The translations under genes were made by a program, and so were the position numbers. From Phoronis australis (taxonomy: Eukaryota; Animalia; Phoronida): DNA of 64,000 bases. Location: NCBI GenBank assembly GCA_002633005.1, contig NMRA01000026.1, forward strand, positions 614,434 through 678,433, in the 5' to 3' direction. The notes under the pieces are model-generated. The model was not told the DNA's origin, searched no databases, and saw only the letters and a program-made list of their open reading frames with translations. Below, piece after piece: positions 10,804 through 23,656 of this stretch; the first letter of the stretch is position 1, and the number at the start of each line of letters is the position of its first letter.

Positions 10804-13800
10804 TGTGTGTGTAAACGGCCGTTTGCTCTGTGTCTAGTCGTGCACGGCCAAAAGTTGATGGCTAAACAGGACTTATGTTAAGAGCATTGCTCTGAGCCCA
10901 CTAGTTACATTAATTGCCAAATGTAACGAACTGTTCGGCGTATTGGCTTGCTTTTGTCTATGTCATCGCGAGAATCACCTTTTAATTCAAACACCTGCGA
11001 ATAACACCCGCACGCATTGGTGTTCTATTCAGACCTCTATTCAATACAACTGTTATTGGTCAACATGACACCAAAAAGGCAGCTTTACTTATCATTTGAC
11101 AGGCTTACTTTTGCGAGATTGAACTCTCGTTTTCTTTTTTACTAAGGTGTTGGTTAGCCCAGTACATCTAAAATAACCAAATTCCGTTGAATTTAGGCTT
11201 TAAAAAGTTTCAAATAGTTGAAAACAAATTGATATAACATTTCTGGGGATCCCTTCTAGTTTTGAGTAACATTAGATAAACCTAGACTTCAATATCTATC
11301 TCGTGGCTAGAAATATCTAGCCAAAATCATGTGTTCTCATTTATAATACATTAAATGTCTCACATAATTTCGCAAAGACTTGCTTTCTAGTGAGATCCTA
11401 GCGTGGGTGTTTGGGTTACTGAACTCTACCCAGGCTAATTTACATAGTTACTAACAACTAGTTAACTGATGGGCTGTGTCAATGTAAAGCCGACTATTGT
11501 GGATCTGAAGATGATCGTTGTCATCTCAAGTACCACTTTCTAAATTGAGATCAATCATTATACGGCAGGAATCGCAATCCACAATAACGTGCTCAAAACT
11601 GAAATTCAGTGTTTTATTTTCAATGTATGTCACTGACTGACATAATTGTCCTACTGTATGGTGAGTGGTATTGGGGTCATCCAGGTTGACGCCCACATTT
11701 AACTGAGCGAGTACATCTATGTCCATTTTAGGTTATCCACCCACACCAGTTGATGTGGTCTGAGACCTCGTAATCTTTGGAAGCACTGATTGCCCACCTA
11801 AAGAGACTCAGTGCCGAAAACCACCACCTCTTTTGTTAAGGTTTATTTTGGTCCCTAGATAAATGTCCAAGTTTTACAAGTAAATTCAAAACATCATATC
11901 AGAAATGTCATTGATACCATTGTTTAGCTATCAAATAATGAACATTTATTTTGGCTAAATTTTACTAAAAAAGACATGGTCACATGACCAAATTAATGGC
12001 AGATTTTGTAAAAAAAATGAAATCAATCTACTTTTATGGAATTAAAATCTATAGTTTTGTAGAAATGTCAGTGGCTAAGTACATTGACTTGGCAATGAGG
12101 TCTTGCATTACCTCCTTAACAGTAGTGATTTTTTCAGACAACAGCTGTTTTCAAACACAAATATCAGTTTAGTTAGTTGTGAAATATTCCTTGCACTCTA
12201 TTGTCTAGCATGGCAGTACGTAATGCTGATACATTGGCAAAATTACCCACCAATTTAGAGAGTAGACAAGAAAAAGAGACTCATTTCTAGGGAGTTTTCG
12301 TGAACAAGTCAAACTTTTCGTAGAGTTTTGTTGAAGTGATATCTCACTTTTTTTTCTAAGTAGTCAGTTTTGTTGGGAATTGGAAAAAGTCCACTTTTGT
12401 CCATAGGAAACTTCACTCATTCGTTGTGGAATTACGCCTAAAAAGACCTGGCCTTTCACAGTGAATCTGTCAAAAACCTGCCCAGGTATAAGCGGCGTAC
12501 GGACATTCTAAGGGAGTTACCTCCTCTGCGTTTGATCTGTAGACTATGTTTGTCGGTTTCCTGTGTCTCAACCAGGTATAGTTCAGAGTTCGATCGCAGT
12601 CAAGTGAGCGCTATTTTTGATCAGTGGATCAGAACGTTGCAAGGTGTTGTAGGAAGCTGTATTACACCAGAAACATCAGTTAATGAATGTTGAATGCATA
12701 ATTAATTAGGGCTAGGAAGACGGTAATTGACATTGGAATTGGTGGAGGTTAACGAACATTCACATTTTTTGTGAAAATGTGTCAAAAACTTCGAACCGTC
12801 TATTTAAAGATATTCTCAAATTAATACACTTGATTTTAGTTTAGAAGTTCACAAAATCAGTTCAGACAAAAGTCGATTTTTTCTAGAGATATTACCATTA
12901 AACGGTGCTCTTTCTACTAGGTGACATGATTTTTTTCAAAACAGACAGAATTTAGTACAGAAGTTTTAGGCTTAAGTTTTCAAGTCTTGATGGTGCTGCA
13001 AGTAACAGGATGGCAGACATATTTGAGTTGTAATGACTCTGAACTTCGCTTTTATAAACTTAAAGATGTTGATAATAAAGCAGGCGATTTTATTGGGGGA
13101 TATCCCTTACAAAGTGGTTATATTCTAGGGATACCTTTGGACTAATGAGACTCGTTGTATGTTCTTATTTAGCTAGTGGAGACAGAGTAGAGATGATCCT
13201 TTCCGCCTTGCCCCAGTTTCGCGTTTATTTGGCACGGAGCAAGATGTTCGGGCGCAAAGTGCTCTACCTCACAAACGGGTGGCAAAATTTGTCACTGCGT
13301 TGTCAGTTTGCTCCGTGTCAGTCCCGTTTGCACACTGGAACAACTCGTTCCGTGTCAGCTGATCCATGTCAACTTTTGAAGTGTAAACGGCATTTATGGG
13401 TATGCATGAACTCCTTGGGTCAGCGACTAATTATTTTAAGTTTTTTTAACTGCCTTATCTACTTTCAGATTGGAAATATGTTGATATAAGACGCTGTGTC
13501 CCAAAGTGGTCCGTATCCCAATCTTCAGAATCGAGAAAATTCAATTTCAGCTTGAATTTCAATGTCCCACATTTTAGAGGCTTCCCAAACTGTGGAATTT
13601 TTACCGTAGTGTTGTAAAATCTCATCAGTTTTGTACAAAAATAATTGCCAAAATGCCATCATTTCTCAATGGCTTTAAACATTGTTGTGAATGCTCAGAA
13701 TTTTTCAAAACTGTGGAACAAAACTTGAAAATGGAATATCAAGATGGCGGACGTGTTGGCTATTTTGTTTTCGAAGTTAAATTCAAATGCTCACAGAGGT

Positions 13801-13804
13801 CGCA

Positions 13805-14575
13805 TTTCTATGCGCCCACATACCTATATATGGGTGCAAATTGCCTTCATCTCTGTCTGGGCGTCCAGCGTCCGCTGCTGTATCTCCTGAACCCCTCAAA
13901 GTATCTTCACCAAATTTCACAGATGGGTTCATATGAAGATGACGACAGAAGAGGACGAATTTCGGACGGATCTGACAACCATTGTGCCCCCTAGTGGCAA
14001 TTATTTTTTACATTGACCTCTGTATCTTTAAAGGCAGTTTATTGGTGACATGATGCTATCTCCCTATTTTCCGAATTATTTGAGGCATTTTGCTCCACCT
14101 AGTGGCCATTTATGTTTTTTCCAATTGGTTTTTTGGCATCTGCTCTATCAACTAAACCATTCTATGGATTATTGTGAAAATTGATATATCTGTTCTCAGT
14201 TTGAAGAGTATGGCTGACGATGACGACTAACTACTGTGGCGCCTCCTAGCTTTTTTGCGCCTATAGCTGTATGTCCTAAGCCTACTGCAGGATCTTAATT
14301 AAATTTAGCAAGTGTATTCATATCATGTTGAGAAAAGATATTGACAACTTTCAGGTGCATTGCCCCCTAGTGGCCATTCCATTTTTTCCGGTCTTCCTTT
14401 GTTTCTCTATAGTTTCTTGACAGATTTTTATGGAAATTGGTAAATACTTTCTATTAAAGAAACGATGTTTCTGTTTTCGGATGGAGTTGACATGTTTTGC
14501 GCCATCTGGTGGCCATTTTTATGATACAAATAGATGTCACAAGAAGCATGCTGTTTGTGATGCCCAATTGCTTCA
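13805..14575 (+). mobile_element. Diverged Helentron-associated/DINE-1-like element (same family as 36309-37823)
   Basis: 5' atgcgcccaca subTIR plus partial inverted repeat, gcgtcc repeats, and subunits each containing cctagtggc/catctggtggc; 3' end degraded. Confidence 0.75.
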
Positions 14576-14583
14576 AAATTTTT

Positions 14584-14915
14584 CGCTCTCCGGCAGCCTT
14601 TCGGCGGGGCCCTCTATATTAATATAGGGGGCCCCGCTCTCCGGCCTCCCGTCGGCGGGGGCCCCCTATATTAATATAGGTGGCCCCGCTCTCCGGCCTC
14701 CTTTCGGCGGGGCCCTCTATATTAATATAGGGGGCCCCGCTCACCGACCTCCTTTCGGCGGGGCCTCCTATATTAATATAGGGGGCCCCGCTCTCCGACC
14801 TCCTTTCGGCGAGGCCCCCTATATTAATATAGGGGGCCTCGCTTTTGAGGTCCGAAATTCAATTTTTTGCCTATGTCATTTTAATAAGAATAAGTCATTT
14901 TAAATAATAAGCTGT
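14584..14915. repeat. Five ~51-bp tandem units, each with a ~34-bp near-perfect palindrome, followed by a 74-bp AT-rich conserved end
   Basis: Unit gctctccg(g/a)cctcctttcggcggggccc(t/c)ctatattaatatagggggcccc spans 14585-14841; the end 14842-14915 is homologous to 288-361. Confidence 0.92.
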
Positions 14916-16414
14916 TATCATTTAATTCAGTATTTCATGGGAAATGATACAAAAATCACGCATCGGTGAGATTTCACGTTGTGCAAAGTGTACTTCACCC
15001 TCTCCATGTGATTCCGTTTCGAAAATATGGCGCTAGGTGCTGATATCTTATATAGACAATAGAGGATAGGGATGCATTTTGGCCACCGCTCTTCGAATCC
15101 AGCAGGGGACTATAAGACAAATTTCTTAACCCTGACCATTATGTAATTGTTAAGGTTATCTCCAACCCTATTCACAAAAATGGTCATTCTTACAATATTT
15201 CACGTGTCAGTAAAATACCTTATCTTCATTCTCGGGGGAACTTCAAGTACAAAATATATACTGCGTAGTGAGAAAAAAGATTTAACAGAACAACCTTGGA
15301 ACCACACAACCGCGTGGATATTTGTTTACTACTTATCCGAGGTCAAAGGTTAAAGGGCTTTCAATCAAATCAAATCTTCCGCCAGTTACAAAACAGTTTC
15401 CCATACCCTTGGTCCTTTCATTCACAAAATCGCCATAACATTGAGTAAACGAGGTGTACTTATGGTGGAATGGTGCCAGGAAAACAGACAAAACATAGTT
15501 TTGATCCTGAGGGAGTTGTGCGTCTACGTGATTACGACCGTTGGCGTTGAGAATGAATGCTACGGTCATCTTAGGCCTCTGTGGTCATGAACACAGCAAA
15601 TTGTGAAAAGAGATAAATCCTCACCCTAATTCCTTCATTCAATTAATAAATTAACATTCCAATGTTTCGATTTCATGCTAACGACATGCTTTAACCACCG
15701 ATTTGAATTTTGTTGTCCATTTCTTACTTGGTTGCGTATCTCTCCTAGCACGTGATGTGTACAGGTTATGTGAAAACAATGAACTGTGACATATTTATAT
15801 AAAAGTAGGTCAAAAGGTCGCAAACAACAGTAAGAGTTAGCTGGGAACGGTACGTTTTAATGATAATTAAGTTAATTATGCACTGCAAAATCAGTTGACA
15901 TTGTGAGTGAATGTTGAAATAGCGAACATATTTAAAGGAGCATGCCACCCAAAAAACAACCTAATTTGTATCAATTTAGATTGAGTAGTTCTACTCCATT
16001 ACGACACGTACCGTTACGTTACCTGACACCTGACGGCAGACGGAGGTGTTGAAATTATACAATGACGTCATCGGTTTCACATGCAATCTGTTCAGCAGTT
16101 CACAACACGGGTTACTGGTGTCAGCTTATCGCTTGAAGTCATCGTTTAACACCAATAAATCATCAAACTTCGATGTAAAATCCTTAAAAATACACCGAGT
16201 TCATATAAAAACGTGTTGTTTTATTTCGCTCTTACGGATTTATTGGTATTTGGACACAAAGTTCTAGCCTACAAAGTTCGGCAGGCCAATAAGGTCCGTA
16301 GCAGGAGTTTGGGGTCTGTTCGGAGATAATTTCGTATTTCGGTGAGATACAGACAGGAGAACCTAGATCTGTGTTGTTTAGACTTGTGATTTTTTGAGTT
16401 CTAAACACAAAACG

Positions 16415-16512
16415 CTTGTTATCCTGGTCAGTGGCTCGGAGCCCGATCAGGCCTGTCGCGGCCGGCCGGATTGACTTGTTATCCCGGCCAGTGGCTCGGA
16501 AACTGATCAGAC
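16415..16512. repeat. 60-bp-period direct repeat inside the Kolobok-like element
   Basis: cttgttatcc(t/c)gg(t/c)cagtggctcgga at 16415 and 16475. Confidence 0.8.
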
Positions 16513-17057
16513 ATCACGAACATAAACCAGCCAAAGTTCAGTAGAAACTAAACTTCCAGTCAAGAAATTACTATACTAGTGAGCCAAAGTAATGTGCACA
16601 TGATTATGTTGGTGAATTAGCCACGAAACTGCAAATCTACTTACTCGTCGGGGGCTGCAAATTCAGGTTAACGTTCCGGTTTGGCCACAGCACCGTCAGG
16701 GCAGAAGTTCTACATTGACAATCATTATTTGAGTAATGTAAATGTAAATAAAGATTCCCCTAACACCTGGCCGTGGGATGGAAATCGAGTTGTTTCACAA
16801 CAGTTTCTGTCAGCAAACACTAAATTAGCATGATCTCACACGGCCTCGGTGTCCCGCCAATTAGTTTTACTGCACCTAAAGCCGGTAACGCAGTGATTTA
16901 TTCATTGCTGGCTTCTCAAATCATTTGCACTCACAAACACTCCAAAGGCATTACAAATTGCATCTAATGAGACAGACTTTGTTTCAGTCTTATATAAGTA
17001 TTGGTTAGGGTGAGAATAATTCATTTTGAAACAGAATGCTCAGTAATAAACGCCAAC

Positions 17058-17227
17058 ATGGCAACTCGCAATCCCGACTTAGGACGACCTAGAGCTCATC
17101 AGTCCCGACTTCACAGGTGGATCGTTAAGTTTTACAGGCTATCAGTTCGAACAGGAATACATTGATGAAGAAATACTAGAAAGGTGCTGTGAACAAGCTC
17201 AGACAACGGAACGTATGGAGATATTTG
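17058..17227 (+). pseudogene. Remnant first exon of a Kolobok accessory-like protein (KolX / P2X7-ballast-like N-terminus)
   Basis: gccaacATGG start. After one frameshift it reads DDLELISPDFTGGSLSFTGYQFEQEYIDEEILER, resembling the PYxFEPEY..EE motif I recall for this family. Ends at a gtaag donor (17228). Confidence 0.5.
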
Positions 17228-17259
17228 GTAAGCCGCCATTCGTCAGGCACTGTCGACGT

Positions 17260-17446
17260 CTGCAGGCCACAGACACGGAGATGTTTCACGGCCTCATACT
17301 CGCTATTTACAACATACATTTCATTCTTCACTACCATGAGCAACTTCCTAAGCATTTCGAACTCTTAAGGAAGTAAAAAAAAACAATATACCCGCTTTCC
17401 TCGCAGCTACTTAGTTCGGACAAGTGGGAACGATGCACCGCAACAT
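17260..17446 (-). pseudogene. Degenerate THAP zinc-finger domain (transposon-derived)
   Basis: MLRCIVPTCPN*VAARKAGILFF(frameshift in A9 run)LP*EFEMLRKLLMVVKNEMYVVNSEYEAVKHLRVCGLQ matches the THAP pattern CxVPxC...FFxLP...RVCxxH. Confidence 0.8.
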
Positions 17447-20400
17447 AGCGGCATTCACTCTGCACATGAACCACTGACGTCGCTAGCGTCGTTTCTCACC
17501 TTCTTCACAGGTTAACGCGACCAATCTTGGCAAGGTAAGGTTGACCTTATGCGAGGCGATGTGGATATAGACCGATTAAGACGGCAAAAAAGACTAATTA
17601 AATCGGGTGGCATCCTCCTTTAAGGCTTGTATAGGTTATAAGTCCCTTTCAGATTTTCACTTGTCCCTGAGTTTAATCGGCCTTTTCTCGGCTTCAGTGA
17701 ATCGAACTTATTTGAACTTAGGAACACAGGTTCTCGAAAACGGCTTGGTGGATTTTGCTTAAACTTCCCAAATTTAATATTTACTCATCAGTCTCAAAAA
17801 CGCTGTTAGGATTTTTGATATAAAGGCCTATTTTTTGTGTAATGTAACAAAGACGAATACGACTTCCGTTTTTTACAAAGATACCTTACGCTTTGCGAGT
17901 TGATTTGTCATAGAAACCAAGCAAAAAGACTAATCAAAAATTCCTAACAGCGTTTTTGAGGTAACTGGTGAAGTTTTTATTTAAAAAAAGTTTCATTAAA
18001 ATTTTGCTATGAATGTACCTTTCTTAAAAATAAAATTTTGACCTAAAAATGGTTTTACGTAAAAATAATAATGGTACATTAATACAAAAAGTATTTTCAT
18101 TTTCCCAAATCTTTTTCTTTCAAGAAATTTATACTTTTACTAGTTGACAAAGCTTAGTTTTTTTGATATACAAGTTAGAATAGAGGCCACTAAATAAGGT
18201 TGGAGATAACCTTAAACTGTATTTACGTTAATGGGGGTCAAGTGAACAGATAATGACCTTGGGAATTGTGTTTCAAATGTCTAATTGTCTGTCTCGACAA
18301 AATCGAAAGAGGTTTTTCGCAGTACTTTCAAAGTCTTTGACCCCCGCAGAGCTTAAAATGCAGCCATCGTCAAGAACTCAATTTCTGCACAACTTGATCA
18401 TGCACGCACACTTTAGCTCAGATGGCCTGCTTGAGTTGGCTGTCTGCTGTATCTGGAGAACATTGTCGATGGACATGTTAAGGATATGTAGAAACCCAGA
18501 AAATGTCCAATTTTGGCTAAATTGGGAAAAGTCCTTAACTCGGAAATTACTTTTATTGGATTGATATGAAACTTTCAGGTACTGTTCTTAGTGTACTGTT
18601 CTCCAAAATGCTTTACGGAATTGTTTCATTTAAGTGTTCTGACCCAAGATTTTCATGAAAAAGGTTGCATCATAACAGCGTTTTTGAACATTTTTTTGAA
18701 ATAAAATTTGATCGTGTTATCGATACCCTTGTCTTTCTGCTTTCATACAATGTGTACTTTTATCAGAGTTAAAATCTATCATCAGTTCTTAAAGTATTTG
18801 GCTATAAATACCCAGACTTGTCATATGGTACTTCATCAACTTAAGAGGCTTCCTTTACAGGAGGGTGACCAGCTGTGGCATGCTGGCCTAAAGAGCTTGT
18901 CTTTCTCTGATAGCATATGTATTTTTTAATGTCGAACCTTGGGAGCAATTTCCTTTAAGGGGATTTTGTTATGTTCAAAGTCGATAAGTGTTAAAAGTGT
19001 TTGGCGCAGCTAAGCTAATTAGTAACCCCATCTAGTGATCAGGTGCAGAAGTAGGCAGTCTTTTAGTAGATTTAGTAATAACTTAGGAAGTCCTAATTAT
19101 TTAGCTCCTTCAGTAATAAAAATCTGTCTGTTCTCTCAAATGCGTAAGCCACGTCTGATGTGAGAGAGGAAAGGGACAGTTAAGACCAGTTTTACATCGG
19201 TAAATGATTCAATTAAGATGTTCGTGCTACCAACATAAATATACCAACGTTTAAAAATGTGTTAAATATTTAATTATCGACTAACGAGATGCATACCACG
19301 CGCAATTAAGGCGTACATTTTTACAAGAAATTGATATTGATGCGAGTGCAATTTCTAGTTTAATGTGTCATTGACATGTAAAAGGAGGTCACCTGATAGT
19401 TACGACGGTATATTCCTCTGGATTAGTGGTCAGGGCATTTGAACCGTCAGAGGGAAAAGCTTTCATCTGAACATGGACATTTAAAAGTGAGATTTAAGTT
19501 TGTTAAATGAAAATTGTCATTGATTACTCATGGCTAATTTTGGCCTCAACTTACGACAGTTCTTCACGTGTTTAGTGTACAATATGGCGAACAATTTTGA
19601 AATTTTATTTTATCAAAATTCTTCACAAAAACAAAAGTTCAAGAAAATTTTGATCTTTTGTTAACTTGGTTTGTACCGTGTAGATATTCTGAAACAACAT
19701 TGATAAGGCTCTCAATATTTCGACCAGGTTAATCAGACTTTGAAAAACGGGAAAATAATGATTTTGACAATTATTTTTTCGCAAAATAAGTGGTAATTAC
19801 TGTTATCAACGATTGTTTTGCAGCGGATGTGTTCGCTGAAGTAGTTGTGTATGACTTGTACAGTTTTGTCAGTGCTGAGCTGTTCTCTTTCTGATTTCTG
19901 CTAGATGAAAATCGGTCAATATGGCATGCAACAAGTTATCAGTAAAACTTAGCTGTTATTTACAGTTTTCAAATGGTACATTTAAATGTAAAAAATGGGA
20001 TTTCAGGTGTGCTAAAACGTAAGAAACGTATTCATCTGTTTTTGAAAATGGAAAACCATTATGGTCACTACATTTACTCGAACTACTGATTTGGGTTAGT
20101 GCCCAGGTAACTGTATTTGTTACAATAAATGCGCATCATGTACAATAGGCTTAGTTGACCAAATCATCCACTGAACGTATAATTACCGTACATGTTGTTA
20201 GTTTTAGCTAAGCTAAATCCAGGTGCTTTTCAAAGGAACTGGAAGTCTTGACTAAAATTGGGAATGGGTATGTTAAACACAAGCGCTTAAAAATGAAAAT
20301 GTCCATAATTAAGGCTGGGATTTAGCTGAAGGTGAATTGAAACTTCGCTGTTCATGAATTCCCCCATTTTTGGTGTGGTTAATCTGCAAGGATTTGTTTG

Positions 20401-23127
20401 CCCACTCAAAGTGACCTCACTGTTTCGATCCGTCTTCATGCTACAGTTTATTCCAAAAGCAGTCGTAAAGGATTACCCAGAGTTCCCATACGCGGCAACT
20501 GAGCTCAAGCAGAACGCTCAGTCTTAATGACTGAGAGGACTGTAAAAGTGGCTAAAACATTAGTCATGGCAGATATTTACTAATGTCATGAGAAGGAAAC
20601 AGAATTTTGTGTTTGATTAATTTTGTTGTGCACTGTACATCCCCTCGGACTGAAAATTAAGGATTTGACATTTTGCATTATGGAAATCGGTGTTAAACTA
20701 ATCAAGTACTGAAAACCAAAAGTTACGCAGAAGATATACTGCACCCGACCACTAGTATTTAGTAAATACCATGACTAGATTGGTATTTGCACGGATGACA
20801 ACGCCAGTAAGTGTCATTACTCAGTATAACAAATCACCTAGTTTAAATTAATTAATAATTGGCGTCCTCACCCTGTCTGCTGCGAAGGCTCCAGCTGCGT
20901 ATGAGTTGTATTGATGTGATTCTTGACAGCGTGTCATTCATCAAACTAATTCTTTCACCTCATTTGCATTGTGGTAAAGATTAAAACAGTTTCATTAATC
21001 TACCACAAGGAAACATTTCAATTCTAGTGACAGCCGGGTCTTGAAATTTGTCAAGTAAAACTCTCGACCACGCCTACTCACTGAAGAGAAAGGTGCCTGT
21101 GCTTTGTTAGAGGGAAATTTTTGGTTGAGGTCAAAATCCCCACATCCTCCACCCCCGGCCACTAATATTGCCTCCTCCCTCAGTCACTTTTGACAGAAAT
21201 GATTCTAACCTTAACCTTGAGAGAAACCTTTTAACCACTGGAGGGTTAATTTCGCGAGACTTTTAAACACGGAAGTGGGGCCGACATTCGGTCCCAAAAT
21301 TGAGGCATCGAGGTGCCTGACATGCTGTTTGCCATTTGTGTTGATATGAATCCTGTCATGTATCTCAAAGAGGCATATGCTCCTCATCTCAGAAACATTC
21401 AAGTGAAACCATGAGGTGCAATTTTAATGATGCGAGTGAAAATTTGATTTATTCATAACCGTAGACGTTGACATGTTTTAAATTGAAGATAAGCAGATTA
21501 AAGAACTACAAGCACTAACTCGTTCTATTTAAGGGGACATCGTGGGTTTAACACTCAAAATGTATTATTGGGATTATCATTGGACGAGATAGTCTTGTTG
21601 ATGTTATTAGCTTTGACCAGAGCTGTAAAACAACAAAAACCTTTGTTTTGGTGATTTTATTACAATCGCCAATTCTCACTATTGGCTGCCAGTGATTCAC
21701 TGAAGTCAAGCAAGATGATTTTTATCAGTTACTGGTAAATATGCTTAAAATACACTGCTATTTATCGATTCAAATCTATGTTGGGACTGATCTAAAAAAT
21801 TTTCGCAGTTGTGCCACTGTAAGATGTGCTCTAATCTGCAAGAGGCCGACTTGCTAGCTCTGGGCCTTTGTACAAAATGCATTAATAGTATCCATTGAGC
21901 TCATCGTAGGCCTGACAAGTGGAATTTTATTCTGTCAAATTTCGCAACAAAACTAAATATTAAAATGTTACTCGACTATTATCCAATGATATCTAATTGA
22001 CTTTGATTATTTGCAGCAAAAAATTGAAGAATTACGGTAGTTTATACTTTTGTTCAGAAATTTATGTAACTGAAATTTCACTTTCCATCACACTGTGTTC
22101 TAAACTGAAGACTAAATGTGGGGAGCTTGAAAATTGTATAATGTGTCAAAAATATTTAGTCGAAGTGACCTAGAATTTCCCAATTCGGCTACGGAATGTA
22201 TAAAAAAGCTTGCAAGATGGAACGCTATAGGATTTTGCTGAAACGATGAGTCGTAAGATGTCATATTTGCTGCGGTAAGAAATTAGCCGTCACGGAATTT
22301 GTCTGGTTACTTTTAGGCTCGAATGGATCATTAGCGAATGTGCTAATAGCTCATGATACATCATAATTTGTGCAGCTGGGACTTGACCAATCTAATCTTA
22401 AGGGTTAATAACTTAAGAATATTAATTCATTAATGCGAGCCAAACAGCGGTGGGGTCATGAAGGTGTACAATATCACTACTGTATGATAGTTTCTTGAAG
22501 ATGGCTCAGTTAAGACGTAAAACTATTTATGTGAATTATGCTTATTAAAAGTGTTTGAGTGCGGATATGGTGTCGGAAATTTTTTCAAGATTAAATTTTC
22601 AATAGGAAGATTTTCTATTCGTTTGAGTCCAATGTAGTGAGTGCAAAAATGTATCTTGCACATCAAAAACAAATTCTGTTCAGCGTAATTGGTGTTTTTG
22701 AAATTTATTATATTCTAACCACTTAATAGGTAACGAGACCTGGCCTTGTCTTTGGGATGAGATATCTAGATCACCTCAAATCTTTTTTGATAAGTTCCGA
22801 AAAGCTTGGGTAACCAGGGTAGGGGCTTATGGAAAGGTGAGCGTTTGAGCTGCGGGCTTCTTCATCTCTATGACCTTTGATTTGATTTCCCATGCTAGCC
22901 ATAGATGTCTCCGGCTGCACCCTTACCGCAGCCAACCAGAATGTTTTCGTTGAAATGTTGTCTGCATACATTTGAAGTTTTGGCAACACTGTGCCAACTT
23001 CCCACAGTTCATAGCGCAGCACAATTCGTGTGCCGCTATTTTAAAGAAGGAATGCCTTAATGCTGCATATCTATTGGTATGAGTTATGGAACACCTGCAA
23101 TAGATGATTAGGTCTTTGCTATTGAGA

Positions 23128-23656
23128 CCCTGGAGGGGGGTACTCCCAGTAGAATAGATGTACAGGGCACTCAGGTGGGTAACTTTTTCTTGACCAGTTT
23201 CAATATGAAAGGTGCCTTTTCCGACGGAATTCTCCGAACGAAAGGGTGTACTTTATCATTTAATTCCCTGCAAAAGGGTTTCTTTTGGGGGCTCAAAACT
23301 TTGCAAAGGAGTCCTTTTTTCCAACTAAATCCCAAACAAAGAGGTTATGATGTTATCTGTAGTGATTTTTTAAAGCCAATGCCTCGGTTGTAAAATGTGT
23401 GCTCATGGCATCTGGTTGATATGTTTCGGGCTTAATGGGTTGAAACAACAGTTGTCCAAGAATATCAAGAAGGTGTCGGGCAACTTGAGTTTTTGAAATT
23501 AACTCAAAGGGTGATGTCAGGAACAAAGAGCTAGGAAAAGGTGACTTTTTATTCTATCCAAATGGGTTGCCCTTATGAGCCCATTCTTTAAATGGGTAGG
23601 TATCGTAATTTCCAGGTGTACTTCCTGTCAAAAATCTAATTACGTACTTCCCCAGG
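23128..23656. mobile_element. Degenerate non-autonomous element with CCC(G)nTACTCCC-type termini
   Basis: ccctggaggggggtactccc at the left end and gtacttccccagg at the right end. Confidence 0.45.

Larger units (their letters stand above)
15936..17619. mobile_element. Kolobok-like internally deleted transposon, nested
   Basis: TIRs aggagcatgccaccc / gggtggcatcctcct (14/15); TTAA at 15932-15935 and 17620-17623. RR..YY termini with TTAA are typical of Kolobok; contains a THAP remnant. Confidence 0.85.
15154..18211. mobile_element. Outer TTAA-flanked non-autonomous DNA transposon (Kolobok-like) hosting a nested element
   Basis: TIRs ggttatctccaaccctatt / aataaggttggagataacc (18/19); TTAA at 15150-15153 and 18212-18215. 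Confidence 0.75.

Noticed and set aside
14584-14841. CRISPR-like array of palindromic repeats
   Set aside because: The intervening ~17-bp segments are near-identical rather than unique spacers, there are no cas genes, and the context is eukaryotic.
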